DNA of 64,000 nucleotides from an uncultured Nitrospiraceae bacterium (GTDB lineage: Bacteria > Nitrospirota > Thermodesulfovibrionia > Thermodesulfovibrionales > UBA6898), in the NCBI GenBank assembly GCA_963811165.1, contig CAWEQH010000001.1, positions 320,001 through 384,000 on the forward strand, in the 5' to 3' direction. Below the pieces are notes generated by a model. The model did not search any database. It worked only from the letters and a program-made list of their open reading frames with translations, and was not told the DNA's origin. The position numbers and the translations under genes were made by a program. Below, piece by piece: positions 25,765 to 34,803 of this stretch; positions within the stretch are counted from its first letter, which is position 1, and every line of letters begins with the position of its first letter.

Positions 25765-27567
25765 ATGAATACCATGAAGAAAAAAGTATTGACTAGTTTA
25801 GTTTTTGTGCTGGCCTTTGCTGTGTTCAGCACGGCGGCTTTCGCAGGCATTCTGAAAAAGCCCTACTTGATTTACCCGGGGGTGAACACCCAGATGGAGG
25901 TGGTCTGGCAGGACGACACCGCGAGCGAGACGAATACCATTAGTTGGGGCACCGACATGACGTACAGCATGGGTAATGTGACGGCGCCTGAGTTCGGCGA
26001 CAGGCAGCACAAGTACACAATCACCGGACTGACGCCGAACAAGAAATACTACTACCAGGTGGCTGACCAGACCAGCGGCGCCATCTACGGCGCCGGATCG
26101 TTTATCACTGCGCCCCACGGAAGCGCAACTGCGGTAAGGTTCCTCGCATTGGGTGATTCCAGGAGCCAGCCATTTGCCCTGGACAACGTGATGCAGGCGA
26201 TGCGCAGCTTTTATTCACAGCCAGGCAACGAGGACTATCAACGCCTTACCATTCATAACGGGGACTGGGTGAGCACCGACGGCGAAAGCTACTGGACGAC
26301 CCAGTGGTTCGACGCGACCAAGACGGACATCGTCGCATTTACGGCGAATTCGCCCATCGACGGATGCAAGGGTAATCATGATAACGCTTCAGGGTACAGC
26401 GCTACCTTCCCGAAGTACTTTCCCTTCCCGTATACGAATATGACTTCTAAAACAGTTGCTCCTACAACAGATGCCAGTGGTAATCCTTACTACAATAACC
26501 TCTACTGGTCCTTCGATTACGGTCCGGTCCACTTCACCGTTGTCGACGAGTACTCAAGCTATGCTCCAGGCTCCCCCCAGTACAACTGGCTCGTAAACGA
26601 TCTGGCCACGACAACAAAGCCGTGGAAGATCCTAATATACCACGAGCCGTCGTATTCCGCCGGCAAAGACGGCGACAACATCACTGCGAGGGCGCTCGAA
26701 CCTCTCATCACTCAATATAATGTGGACCTGGTCTATGCCGGCCACAGCCACAACTATGCCCGCACCGGGGCCTATACTTCCGCCCAGGCAAACGGTGACC
26801 AGATCGCCCTGAATGTCCCGCATATCACCAGCGGCGGCGGCGGCGCACCAGTTTATCAGCCCGATATGACCAATGAGGGCAACTTTCCGCACGTAATCAC
26901 AGCCTGGCCGGCCATGGAGTTCATGACCTTCGACGTAGATGGGGAAAACCTCACCATGACCGCCTATCAGGTAAACAACGTGAGTACGTCCGCTATCCAG
27001 CCTTCGTCGGCGCTGTCCCTTTCACCGATCGAGACTGTTGCTCTCCATCACTTTACCGACGTCTCATCGCAGGTAAGCGTAAAAACCACCCACATGACTT
27101 ACAATCCTGCGACCCAGCTATACCGGTGCAACCTGGAGATCACTAATAACGGCCCCGCCCTCACCGGTAACATCCACGTTGTTCTGGACGGCATTGTCAA
27201 CCTCCAGGGGGTCGGCAATGCAGATAACGAATACAGCACCACCACTCCGAAAATTGCCTCAAAGATCGCCCAGAACACCGGCCTCATCACGGACGTCACG
27301 CTGGTCAATGCAACCGGTTCGAACAATGGTGAGCCGATGATCCGGGCTAAACATACCGGATTGGCCAAAAGAGACTCGGTCGTCGTTCCGCTATCGTTCA
27401 GCAATCCGAATAACACAGCGATTACCTTTACGCCTGTGGTGTTGCTTGAACGAGAACATGGGCGTCAGTGCAACCGGCGCGAACAATGTCGAACCGATGA
27501 TGATAAGGGCTACGACCAATGGTCTGGCAGCCGGCAAGAAGACAGTCATTCCGCTGAAGGTCGGTGA
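25765..27567 (+). CDS. Secreted purple-acid-phosphatase-like metallophosphoesterase with FN3 domain
   Basis: Signal peptide; GLTPNKKYYYQV FN3; LGDSR, HNGDWV, GNHD, YHEP, AGHSHNY metal motifs. Confidence 0.85.
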   Translation: MNTMKKKVLTSLVFVLAFAVFSTAAFAGILKKPYLIYPGVNTQMEVVWQDDTASETNTISWGTDMTYSMGNVTAPEFGDRQHKYTITGLTPNKKYYYQVADQTSGAIYGAGSFITAPHGSATAVRFLALGDSRSQPFALDNVMQAMRSFYSQPGNEDYQRLTIHNGDWVSTDGESYWTTQWFDATKTDIVAFTANSPIDGCKGNHDNASGYSATFPKYFPFPYTNMTSKTVAPTTDASGNPYYNNLYWSFDYGPVHFTVVDEYSSYAPGSPQYNWLVNDLATTTKPWKILIYHEPSYSAGKDGDNITARALEPLITQYNVDLVYAGHSHNYARTGAYTSAQANGDQIALNVPHITSGGGGAPVYQPDMTNEGNFPHVITAWPAMEFMTFDVDGENLTMTAYQVNNVSTSAIQPSSALSLSPIETVALHHFTDVSSQVSVKTTHMTYNPATQLYRCNLEITNNGPALTGNIHVVLDGIVNLQGVGNADNEYSTTTPKIASKIAQNTGLITDVTLVNATGSNNGEPMIRAKHTGLAKRDSVVVPLSFSNPNNTAITFTPVVLLEREHGRQCNRREQCRTDDDKGYDQWSGSRQEDSHSAEGR

Positions 27568-27664
27568 ATCGGACCACTGGAAGCATTAATCCGAATAATG
27601 CCGGCCTTACCTTTTACCCCTGTGACATTGCAGGAACAGGAGAAAAAAATGCAGTAATTATGTC

Positions 27665-27698
27665 TGCAGACCAGGGGCCTTCGGGCCCCCGTTTGCAT
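27665..27698 (+). terminator. GC-rich hairpin downstream of the phosphatase gene
   Basis: GGGGCC-TTCG-GGCCCC flanked by TGCA...TGCA. Confidence 0.5.
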
Positions 27699-27724
27699 TA
27701 TCATCGACAGCTTCTGAGTATCGC

Positions 27725-27779
27725 TTTAACGAAAAAATAATATTCATGTAATACTCACGCAATATAAAAGGAATACTAT
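27725..27779 (+). promoter_or_regulatory. Pho-box-type promoter for the radical SAM operon
   Basis: TTTAAC-n5-AATAAT-n5-TGTAAT-n5-CGCAAT-n10-TACTAT. Confidence 0.7.
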
Positions 27780-27809
27780 TTACTGTGAGAAAAAACAGAG
27801 ACCAATACA

Positions 27810-28916
27810 ATGACAACCAAAAAGGATATGCCGCGGCTTAAGCGTACCAAGCTCATTTCATTGATTATTCTTGCGCTCTTCGGGAGCCTGTTGTTGCCGC
27901 CGCTCTCCGGATCTGCGACCCAGGACAGCACGGCAGTGGACGAGCTTAAGCAGAAGGCCCAGCAGGCGTATATCGGCAGCCGCTATTCCGAGGCCGCCGC
28001 CACTTTCATTGAAATCGCCGAGAAGCATCCTGAAAGTGCGCCCCGTCGTTACGCCGTACAGATGCTGGGGACCCTGTATGAAGACAACCTTGTCGACATA
28101 AAGAAGGCGATCAAATGGGACCGGGAATTTCTGGAGAAATATGCTGGCCCCAGGCAGATCGCTTTTTACAAGGAGAAACTGGCCTCTCTCGAAAAGCTGA
28201 TGAACCAGGAGCAGGCCTTCAAGACCTATCAGGCGATCCGGTTCGCCAATGCCGGAGATGAAATCATGGTGAAGAAATTCGAGGCGTTGCTGAAGGAACG
28301 CCCTGATTTTCTTTTGAAGGACGATGTCCTGAGGGAGCTCGGATATGCCTATGACCGCATGGACAAGCGCCGGCAAAGCTATCTCGCCTTTAAGGCCATT
28401 GCCGCCCATAACGGCGAAAATAAACTCTCTGCAAGCGATCAGGTGGCCTATGAAGCGGCGAGCCGCCACTGGCAAATGTCATGGGCCTGGGCATGGGCCG
28501 CATGGGCAGTCATAGTGGCGCTCTGGGCTGCGGTCCTGCTGATGAATCCGTGGAAACAGCTTTCCCGATCCTCGATCAGAAATTTCCTGATTGTGGTTCT
28601 CCTTTGGGTGCTTTTGAATGCTCTCAGGATGCCGACCTTCTATTCCATGGAGACCGGGGGCTATCCAATCGTCATCCCCGATACTGTGGTTTACATGGTT
28701 GCCGGACTCAACTTGACGGTCCTCTTCTGGCTGCTGCTCCTGACCGGAGGAAAATTCTGGCAGACCCACCCCAGGGCGCTGCGCTGGCTCAGCCCCGTCC
28801 TCACCCTGCTGATGACCACGGCAGTTCTCTATCTATTTTTTGTATACCATCCCAATGGACCAGCGATTATAGACATTTTTGTCGACACGTTACGGTACAA
28901 AGCAGGGCTTCTGTAG
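27810..28916 (+). CDS. Membrane protein with extracytoplasmic TPR-like helical domain and four C-terminal TM segments
   Basis: Signal peptide, TPR-like helices (LGTLYED, LGYAYD), hydrophobic C-terminus. Confidence 0.75.
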   Translation: MTTKKDMPRLKRTKLISLIILALFGSLLLPPLSGSATQDSTAVDELKQKAQQAYIGSRYSEAAATFIEIAEKHPESAPRRYAVQMLGTLYEDNLVDIKKAIKWDREFLEKYAGPRQIAFYKEKLASLEKLMNQEQAFKTYQAIRFANAGDEIMVKKFEALLKERPDFLLKDDVLRELGYAYDRMDKRRQSYLAFKAIAAHNGENKLSASDQVAYEAASRHWQMSWAWAWAAWAVIVALWAAVLLMNPWKQLSRSSIRNFLIVVLLWVLLNALRMPTFYSMETGGYPIVIPDTVVYMVAGLNLTVLFWLLLLTGGKFWQTHPRALRWLSPVLTLLMTTAVLYLFFVYHPNGPAIIDIFVDTLRYKAGLL

Positions 28917-29008
28917 CGGACTGGGGGAACAATGAGCAGGAGACCGCGGCAAATGAACCGCACAGATCCCTGGAACAAAGAGAAAAAAGAAGAAGGAAGG
29001 TGAAAGAA

Positions 29009-29233
29009 ATGAAAGGACGAATCCTGAAGGTCAAGACTGGCTACAACCCGAATTCAAGCAGTATCGGCGTAGATATGGTGGTCTTCTTCACCGCCGGAGC
29101 GGCCATGACGGTCCTTTTCAATACTTTTGCTGCGGTCGTTAGTACGGCAAAGGGCCATGAGCACGGGCGACCGGAAGAAATGATAGAAATGCCCCTGCTT
29201 AGTCATGGGGAAGAGAAGGGGCGAGCGTTATGA
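29009..29233 (+). CDS. 74-aa protein with GYNPNSSS motif and one hydrophobic segment (candidate radical SAM substrate)
   Basis: MKGRILKVKTGYNPNSSSIG; purine-rich RBS; ATGA overlap with the radical SAM gene. Confidence 0.65.
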   Translation: MKGRILKVKTGYNPNSSSIGVDMVVFFTAGAAMTVLFNTFAAVVSTAKGHEHGRPEEMIEMPLLSHGEEKGRAL

Positions 29234-30369
29234 AGCATCGGTTTGAGTCGTTTGGAGGGATCCTGGCCCTGGAAAATCCCCCGACGCTGGTGCATGTAGA
29301 CCGGGACTTCATGCAAGGACTCGGTTATGATCACAGCCCGCTATGGGAAGGGCCTGAAACCCATGTTCTGTCCGCCCCCCTGGAGGTCCATTTTTCTGTG
29401 ACCAACGCCTGTTCCCAACGATGCAGTCACTGCTATATGGATTCTGGAGTAAGGGATACAGGCGAACTTTCGGCTGAGGATTTCCGCAAGGCAGTCGACC
29501 TGCTCGCCGAGATGGGCGTGTTCCATATGGCCCTGGGCGGCGGAGAGGCGCTGGAGCGAGCCGATTTCTTTGAATTGGCCTCCTATGTGCGCGATCGCGG
29601 TATAGTTCCCAACCTGACCACCAGCGGCGTCCTGATGACCCGAGAAAGCGCTGCAAAGTGCCGCGTGTTCGGGCAGGTAAATGTCAGCATCGACGGCACT
29701 GTGAGTTTCGAGAAAGCCGGCCGGAGTCCCATTGCTCTTCCGGCGGCAATACAAGGCGTGGACATGCTTCTTGAGGCGGGCGTCAGCGTGGGGCTGAACT
29801 GTGTGGTGAGCCGGCAAAGCTTCGATCAACTGAGCGAGTTGTTCATCTTTGCCCAGGAAAGAGAGCTTTCCGATGTCGAGCTTTTGCGACTCAAACCCTC
29901 GGGAAGAGGGACACAGGACTACTTCGAAAGGCGATTGACGCCGGCCCAGAACCGGGAATTCTATCCAACGATCCAGCGCCTTTCACAGGAATATGGGGTC
30001 CCGGCAAAGATCGACTGTTCATTCGTCCCGATGTTCTGCTGGCACCGGCCGGACAAAACGATTATGGAGCGGTTTTCGGTCTACGGATGCGAGGCAGGTA
30101 ACGTCCTCTTGGGGGTCCGTTCCGACGGCAGGTTTGCCGGCTGCTCCTTCTTATCCGGTGAGGAGAATATTTTCGATCTGCCCCGGCTCTGGACCGGCTC
30201 TGAACATCTCTCGCGCTTGCGCTCCTGGATTGACCGGGCGCCAGAGCCCTGTCGGTCGTGTGATTATCTCGATATCTGCAAGGGCGGCTGTCGTGCCGTG
30301 GCCGGCTTCGCCTCCGGAGACATTTACGCTCCCGACCCGGAGTGCCCTTTTGTTGTCGAGGTGGAGTGA
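29230..30369 (+). CDS. Radical SAM protein with SPASM domain
   Basis: CSQRCSHC, LGGGE, CEAG...GCSF...CRSCDYLDICKGGCRA...DPEC. Confidence 0.9.
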   Translation: MKHRFESFGGILALENPPTLVHVDRDFMQGLGYDHSPLWEGPETHVLSAPLEVHFSVTNACSQRCSHCYMDSGVRDTGELSAEDFRKAVDLLAEMGVFHMALGGGEALERADFFELASYVRDRGIVPNLTTSGVLMTRESAAKCRVFGQVNVSIDGTVSFEKAGRSPIALPAAIQGVDMLLEAGVSVGLNCVVSRQSFDQLSELFIFAQERELSDVELLRLKPSGRGTQDYFERRLTPAQNREFYPTIQRLSQEYGVPAKIDCSFVPMFCWHRPDKTIMERFSVYGCEAGNVLLGVRSDGRFAGCSFLSGEENIFDLPRLWTGSEHLSRLRSWIDRAPEPCRSCDYLDICKGGCRAVAGFASGDIYAPDPECPFVVEVE

Positions 30370-30426
30370 AGTATCAGATGTGGGAAAGGATATTTTTAAA
30401 AAAATGTCGACAAAGGAGAATGAAGT

Positions 30427-31044
30427 ATGATCAACCAATTTCTGACAGCGTTTCTGTTTACCACAGCTTATGCAGTCATTCGGTATGCAGGGTTCGGACA
30501 TGTCTCACTGATTCACGCACCTGTCTATATCATGAACAAAGCCGTATGCATGACAGCGGTAGAAGCGATGTTTATGGCGGCCCTCGGTCTCATGCGCGCG
30601 GAGAGGGACGCGGTCCGATTCTGGACAAACGCATGTTCGCAGCTGGTATTCGTCCACGTCCTGCTGTCGCTCGGCATCCTTTCGCAAGGATACTACGTTA
30701 ATTTCTTTGAAGGCGATAAGATGAGCCTGACGGGAGAACTGGTGCTGTTCATGGGAGTGCTGGCTGTCTATTGTTTCTGGCGCCTGCAAGCGACCCCAAT
30801 AAAACCGGACCTTAAGCGGACACTTACGATTCTTGCGTGCGCCCTCGTCTCAGGCCATCTTTTTGCGATGGGCTACAGGGATACGCTGAATGTCCAGAAG
30901 TGGAACGGGGGCCTGCCGCCTATGAGCATGTTAAGCTTCTTACTTGCCGTCTCCAGCCTGATTATGTTCGTGATGGCCAATAAGAAGTCCGCATCTTTAT
31001 CATCCGAGGAAGGCCGCGTCTTGCTATCGAAAATCGACTCTTAA
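30427..31044 (+). CDS. Multi-pass membrane protein with intramembrane His residues
   Basis: About six TM segments, VFVHVL and SGHLF; RBS AAAGGAG. Confidence 0.7.
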   Translation: MINQFLTAFLFTTAYAVIRYAGFGHVSLIHAPVYIMNKAVCMTAVEAMFMAALGLMRAERDAVRFWTNACSQLVFVHVLLSLGILSQGYYVNFFEGDKMSLTGELVLFMGVLAVYCFWRLQATPIKPDLKRTLTILACALVSGHLFAMGYRDTLNVQKWNGGLPPMSMLSFLLAVSSLIMFVMANKKSASLSSEEGRVLLSKIDS

Positions 31045-31075
31045 CCCGTTTGCTCATGCGAGGGACTTTGCGATT

Positions 31076-32464
31076 ATGCTATTGAGAAAACAATTTTTAT
31101 TAGTCATAACGTTTCTGTTACTTCTCACAACTGTTCCTGCCTTTGCTCACAACCTGTCTATGGGGGGGTCCAGGTGGTGTTTTGGCAAAAACACTATTAT
31201 CGGCAATGTTGACCTTGCTCCATCCTTATTAGCGGAAATAAAAGGAATAAAGGAGGGACATTATGAGCTTGATTCACTTTCCGATACGCAACTGCAGCAA
31301 GTTGCAAAGGATGTAATTCAGCCTTACATCAATAATAAGCTTTCCATAACGGTCAACGATACGAAATATCCTGTAAAGCTAAATAAAATAGCCAGAAATG
31401 GAGACTTATATACATTATGGCTGTCAGTAGATAATATCAGCTTTAATAACCCTGTAAATCCCGTCAGGATCGATTACACCTTATTATTTGAAGAGACAAA
31501 CAACGCGCATGTGAACCTCGCCTACGGATATTTGTCCGAGGCCACAGGAGCTGCGTTGCAAAAGGTGTTCGATTTTTCCCAGCCCGTATTCCAAAACACT
31601 TTTGACTATAAGGCCCCGGTATGGGAAGTCTCCATTAATGGAGCTGCAAATGCGTCTGCTTTGGAGCATAAGGCCGAGACCCCTGTCGTAACCGGCAGCT
31701 CGGACAGCCTTAAGGAAATTGCGACGCAAAAAAACGCTGCGGGCAATCCGCCGTCGGCAGGGCCTGTCGGCGACGATCGCCAAAGCAAGCCGGCGCCGGA
31801 TAAGTCGTCAGCCGAATCACCAATACATCCCCCTGGCAAGTCCTATTCCAAAGACAGAGAACACGGTTCTGTTTTGCGCATTCCCGGGGAAAGGTCCATA
31901 TGGGCCAATATAGGTCAATTTTTGGTCCTCGGCATTGAGCATATTTTGACCGGGTATGACCACATAGCATTTCTGCTGGCATTGATCGTTATCGGGCTTT
32001 CTTTAAAGGAAGTACTGAAGATCATTACCGCGTTTACCACTGCGCACAGCATAACCCTTCTTTTAGCGGCATTGCGGATTGTCAGCCTGAACTCAAGGCT
32101 TGTTGAAAGTGCAATAGCGCTTTCTATCTGCTATGTTGCGGCCGAAAACCTGCTCAAAAAGGAAGTTAATTACCGCTGGCTTGTAACATTCGGTTTCGGT
32201 CTGGTCCATGGATTCGGATTTGCGAGTGCTCTTCAGGAATTAATTGTGGGAAAGGCAAATTTGCTTCTCTCAGTGCTCTCCTTCAACATGGGAGTAGAAA
32301 TCGGACAATTGATGATAATCTTCGTTATGCTTCCCGTTTTGTACCTGCTTAGGAAGCAGTTTGAATTCAGGATAATAACTGCCGGCGCATCAGTAGCTAT
32401 CTTTGCCATTGGTTTTACCTGGCTTATTGAGCGGGTGTTCAACCTGAAACTGCTGGCGTTTTAG
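31076..32464 (+). CDS. HupE/UreJ-family protein with large N-terminal exported domain
   Basis: PAFAH signal site, LGIEHILTGYDHIAFL, TAFTTAHSITL, FGLVHGFGFA, FNMGVEIGQ. Confidence 0.85.
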   Translation: MLLRKQFLLVITFLLLLTTVPAFAHNLSMGGSRWCFGKNTIIGNVDLAPSLLAEIKGIKEGHYELDSLSDTQLQQVAKDVIQPYINNKLSITVNDTKYPVKLNKIARNGDLYTLWLSVDNISFNNPVNPVRIDYTLLFEETNNAHVNLAYGYLSEATGAALQKVFDFSQPVFQNTFDYKAPVWEVSINGAANASALEHKAETPVVTGSSDSLKEIATQKNAAGNPPSAGPVGDDRQSKPAPDKSSAESPIHPPGKSYSKDREHGSVLRIPGERSIWANIGQFLVLGIEHILTGYDHIAFLLALIVIGLSLKEVLKIITAFTTAHSITLLLAALRIVSLNSRLVESAIALSICYVAAENLLKKEVNYRWLVTFGFGLVHGFGFASALQELIVGKANLLLSVLSFNMGVEIGQLMIIFVMLPVLYLLRKQFEFRIITAGASVAIFAIGFTWLIERVFNLKLLAF

Positions 32465-32564
32465 ATTTAAGAAGATCGGGGAGTCCAGAAGAGGAAAAAA
32501 TAATTTGCCTTACGTTTGGAAAGGTACTTTATGGTTTGCCGAACATTTTACCGCTACCGGGGAT

Positions 32565-32933
32565 TTACAATAGGAGCCCAAGCAGTGACAGAGCGGACCC
32601 CTCAAATGCCCTGTCCACAAAGACTCCGAACGCGGCCTTGCCAAGGACCTTCCCTGCATTGGATGCCGCTGTCTGGATATACTGGTCGTTTGATATGGCC
32701 TTGGTCTCATCGAAATAGCCCGCCCTCTGAAGGGTATTGATTATGTCTTTGTCATTGATTTGGGATGCATTGTAGTGTATCGTCAGGCTTCCAGTGGTGC
32801 TGTTGATATCGATTGTGGCTATTCCTATGAGGACCGAAAGCAACATTTTTATATGATCGTGGGTGTTTTTGTTCTTGAAAACAGGGTTCCTCATGCGCAA
32901 TCTCCCTGGCGTGGTGTGAATGTAACAGTTCAT
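32565..32933 (-). CDS. HMA2-type domain protein with hydrophobic C-terminus
   Basis: YIHTTPGRLRMRNP...INSTTGSLTIHYN; RBS AAGGAGG. Confidence 0.8.
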   Translation of the reverse strand: MNCYIHTTPGRLRMRNPVFKNKNTHDHIKMLLSVLIGIATIDINSTTGSLTIHYNASQINDKDIINTLQRAGYFDETKAISNDQYIQTAASNAGKVLGKAAFGVFVDRAFEGSALSLLGLLL

Positions 32934-33232
32934 ACTATTTTATCCTCCTTCATTCTGAACTTCCTGAAATGCTTGCACTCAGGATATCCTGAACACCGGA
33001 ACCTGATTACGTCCCCTTCAATTTTGTAGACATGCATGGGCTTGCCGCATTCCTGACATGCAGGTTTCCCCTTGATCTCAGAAACCTTTGATCCATTTGT
33101 GAACTGCTTTCCGCAAATTATGCAGAGAAATCTCTGTTTCCCGGTCCCTGCCCTGCCGTAGCGGTATACTGCTTCGGAGTTGCAGGAGGGGCATGTCGAG
33201 TCTGTTTTTGACTTCTCATGCAACGTAATCAT
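32930..33232 (-). CDS. Double zinc-ribbon protein (IS1 InsA-like ribbon plus topoisomerase C4-type ribbon)
   Basis: CPSCNS..VYRYG...GKQRFLCIICGKQF and CQECGKPM...FRCSGYPEC. Confidence 0.75.
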   Translation of the reverse strand: MITLHEKSKTDSTCPSCNSEAVYRYGRAGTGKQRFLCIICGKQFTNGSKVSEIKGKPACQECGKPMHVYKIEGDVIRFRCSGYPECKHFRKFRMKEDKIV

Positions 33233-33238
33233 GGCTAC

Positions 33239-33294
33239 ATTATATATCGATAGGTGTTACACCCAAGTGAAGGCAATGTTACATTTCGGTTAAA
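33239..33294 (-). promoter_or_regulatory. Pho-box-type promoter, divergent from pstS
   Basis: Minus strand TTTAAC-n5-TGTAAC-n5-CTTCAC-n5-TGTAAC-n11-TATAAT. Confidence 0.8.
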
Positions 33295-33384
33295 TTTTTG
33301 GCGGTGCGTGGAAGGGTTTCCTTCCCTTACGACGGATAAGGGCTAAAATCAATTTATCTGCTTTCGGACAGTGTCATACACCCA

Positions 33385-33439
33385 ATAAATGCAAACTTAA
33401 TAATTCCTTAATATTGCTGTAACAATTCAATGTTATTTT
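33385..33439 (+). promoter_or_regulatory. Pho-box-type promoter upstream of the main pstS promoter
   Basis: ATAAAT-n5-CTTAAT-n5-CTTAAT-n5-TGTAAC-n10-TATTTT. Confidence 0.65.
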
Positions 33440-33630
33440 AGGTCATGCGAATGATCTTCTTGAGTCTCATGATTCGCCCGGTTGCAATAGTTGTTCCCTG
33501 TGAAGGCAGCCCTAATCTCTCTATATAGAGGAGATCTTCGATAAAAAATATGCGAGGAACTGCCATTTCGGTTATTTGCTATCGTGTGTATATGGCGGTA
33601 AAATCAGAAGGAGGTGAGATTGTCACGGCA

Positions 33631-33685
33631 TGTAACAGAAAATTAACTTCCTTGTAACAGTATTGTAACAATCAGTCTGTATCCT
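33631..33685 (+). promoter_or_regulatory. Pho-box promoter of pstS
   Basis: TGTAAC-n5-ATTAAC-n5-TGTAAC-n5-TGTAAC-n10-TATCCT. Confidence 0.85.
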
Positions 33686-33713
33686 AAGAGTAACTATTAA
33701 AAAGGAGAAAAAA

Positions 33714-34724
33714 ATGAGAGTTTTTCTTAAATTTGCATTAGCAATAGCGTTGATCTTTTCGTTCACCCAGGTGCATGCGGCAGAAACCCTTAACGGCGCA
33801 GGGGCGACTTTCCCCTATCCCGTATATTCCGCATGGGCTTTTGACTATAATAAGGTCGCCGGCGTACAGCTCAACTATCAGTCCATAGGCTCCGGCGGCG
33901 GTATCAGGCAGATCACGGACAGGACAGTAGATTTCGGCGCATCCGATGCGCCTCTTGCTCCGGAGCAGCTTCATAAAGACAAACTGCTTCAGTTCCCTGC
34001 GGTCATCGGCGGAGTGGTGCCGGTAGTGAATCTCCCGGGTGTGAAGGCAGGCCAGATGAAGCTCGATTCCGAGGCTGTCTGCAAGATATATCTTGGCGAG
34101 ATAAAGAAATGGGACGACCCCAAAATCAAGTCCCTGAATCCAAAGGTCAAATTGCCTGACATAGACATTACCGTCGTCCACAGGTCTGACGGCTCGGGGA
34201 CAACAGCGATATTTACGAATTATCTCAGCGGCGTCTGCCCCGAGTGGAAAAGCAAGGTGGGGGCCGGCACCTCCGTCAAATGGCCTGTCGGGATCGGCGG
34301 CAAGGGAAATGAGGGTGTTGCAAATTACACAAAGAGATCAGCCGACTCAATCGGGTATGTCGAGTTGGCCTATGCGCAGCAGAACAAGCTTGCGTATGTG
34401 CTTCTTAAAGAACCCTGCCGGCAATTTTGTGGAGCCGACCTTCAAGAGCTTTCGAGGATGCTGCCGCCACCGCACAATTTCGACCCCAAAAAGGACTTTA
34501 ATCTCTGGCTCGTCAATGCTCCCGGCAAACAATCATGGCCTATAGCAGGAGCGACTTTCATACTTCTTGCGAAAGAGAAGACCGATTCAAACAAGAAAGT
34601 GGTCGCCTTTTATGACTGGGCGTTCAAAAATGGAGACAAGAAGGCGAAAGAACTGGTTTACGTGCCGCTTCCCGCGTCTCTCAAGGACAAGATAAGGGCA
34701 TACTGGAAGGCAAACGGGATTTAA
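33714..34724 (+). CDS. pstS: Phosphate ABC transporter substrate-binding protein
   Basis: GAGATFPYP, YQSIGSGGG, DFGASD, RSDGSGTT, GKGNEGV; short out-of-frame stretch around 34410-34470 (compensating indels). Confidence 0.95.
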   Translation: MRVFLKFALAIALIFSFTQVHAAETLNGAGATFPYPVYSAWAFDYNKVAGVQLNYQSIGSGGGIRQITDRTVDFGASDAPLAPEQLHKDKLLQFPAVIGGVVPVVNLPGVKAGQMKLDSEAVCKIYLGEIKKWDDPKIKSLNPKVKLPDIDITVVHRSDGSGTTAIFTNYLSGVCPEWKSKVGAGTSVKWPVGIGGKGNEGVANYTKRSADSIGYVELAYAQQNKLAYVLLKEPCRQFCGADLQELSRMLPPPHNFDPKKDFNLWLVNAPGKQSWPIAGATFILLAKEKTDSNKKVVAFYDWAFKNGDKKAKELVYVPLPASLKDKIRAYWKANGI

Positions 34725-34740
34725 TAAACGCAGGAAAAAT

Positions 34741-34775
34741 GGAGCGGGTCCCTAAAAGGCCCGCTCCCATATTTT
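34741..34775 (+). terminator. Stem-loop between pstS and pstC
   Basis: GGAGCGGGTC-n7-GGCCCGCTCC followed by an AT-rich tract. Confidence 0.6.
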
Positions 34776-34803
34776 ACAGATATTCAGCCGGAAAGTTGGC
34801 TTA

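Noticed and set aside
28481..29008. 250-aa ORF 28481..29233 as a full gene
   Set aside because: Its first part overlaps the TPR-membrane gene out of frame; only the last 74 codons have an RBS and a plausible sequence
32930..33232. Active IS1-family element
   Set aside because: No DDE/InsB region, terminal inverted repeats or target duplication seen
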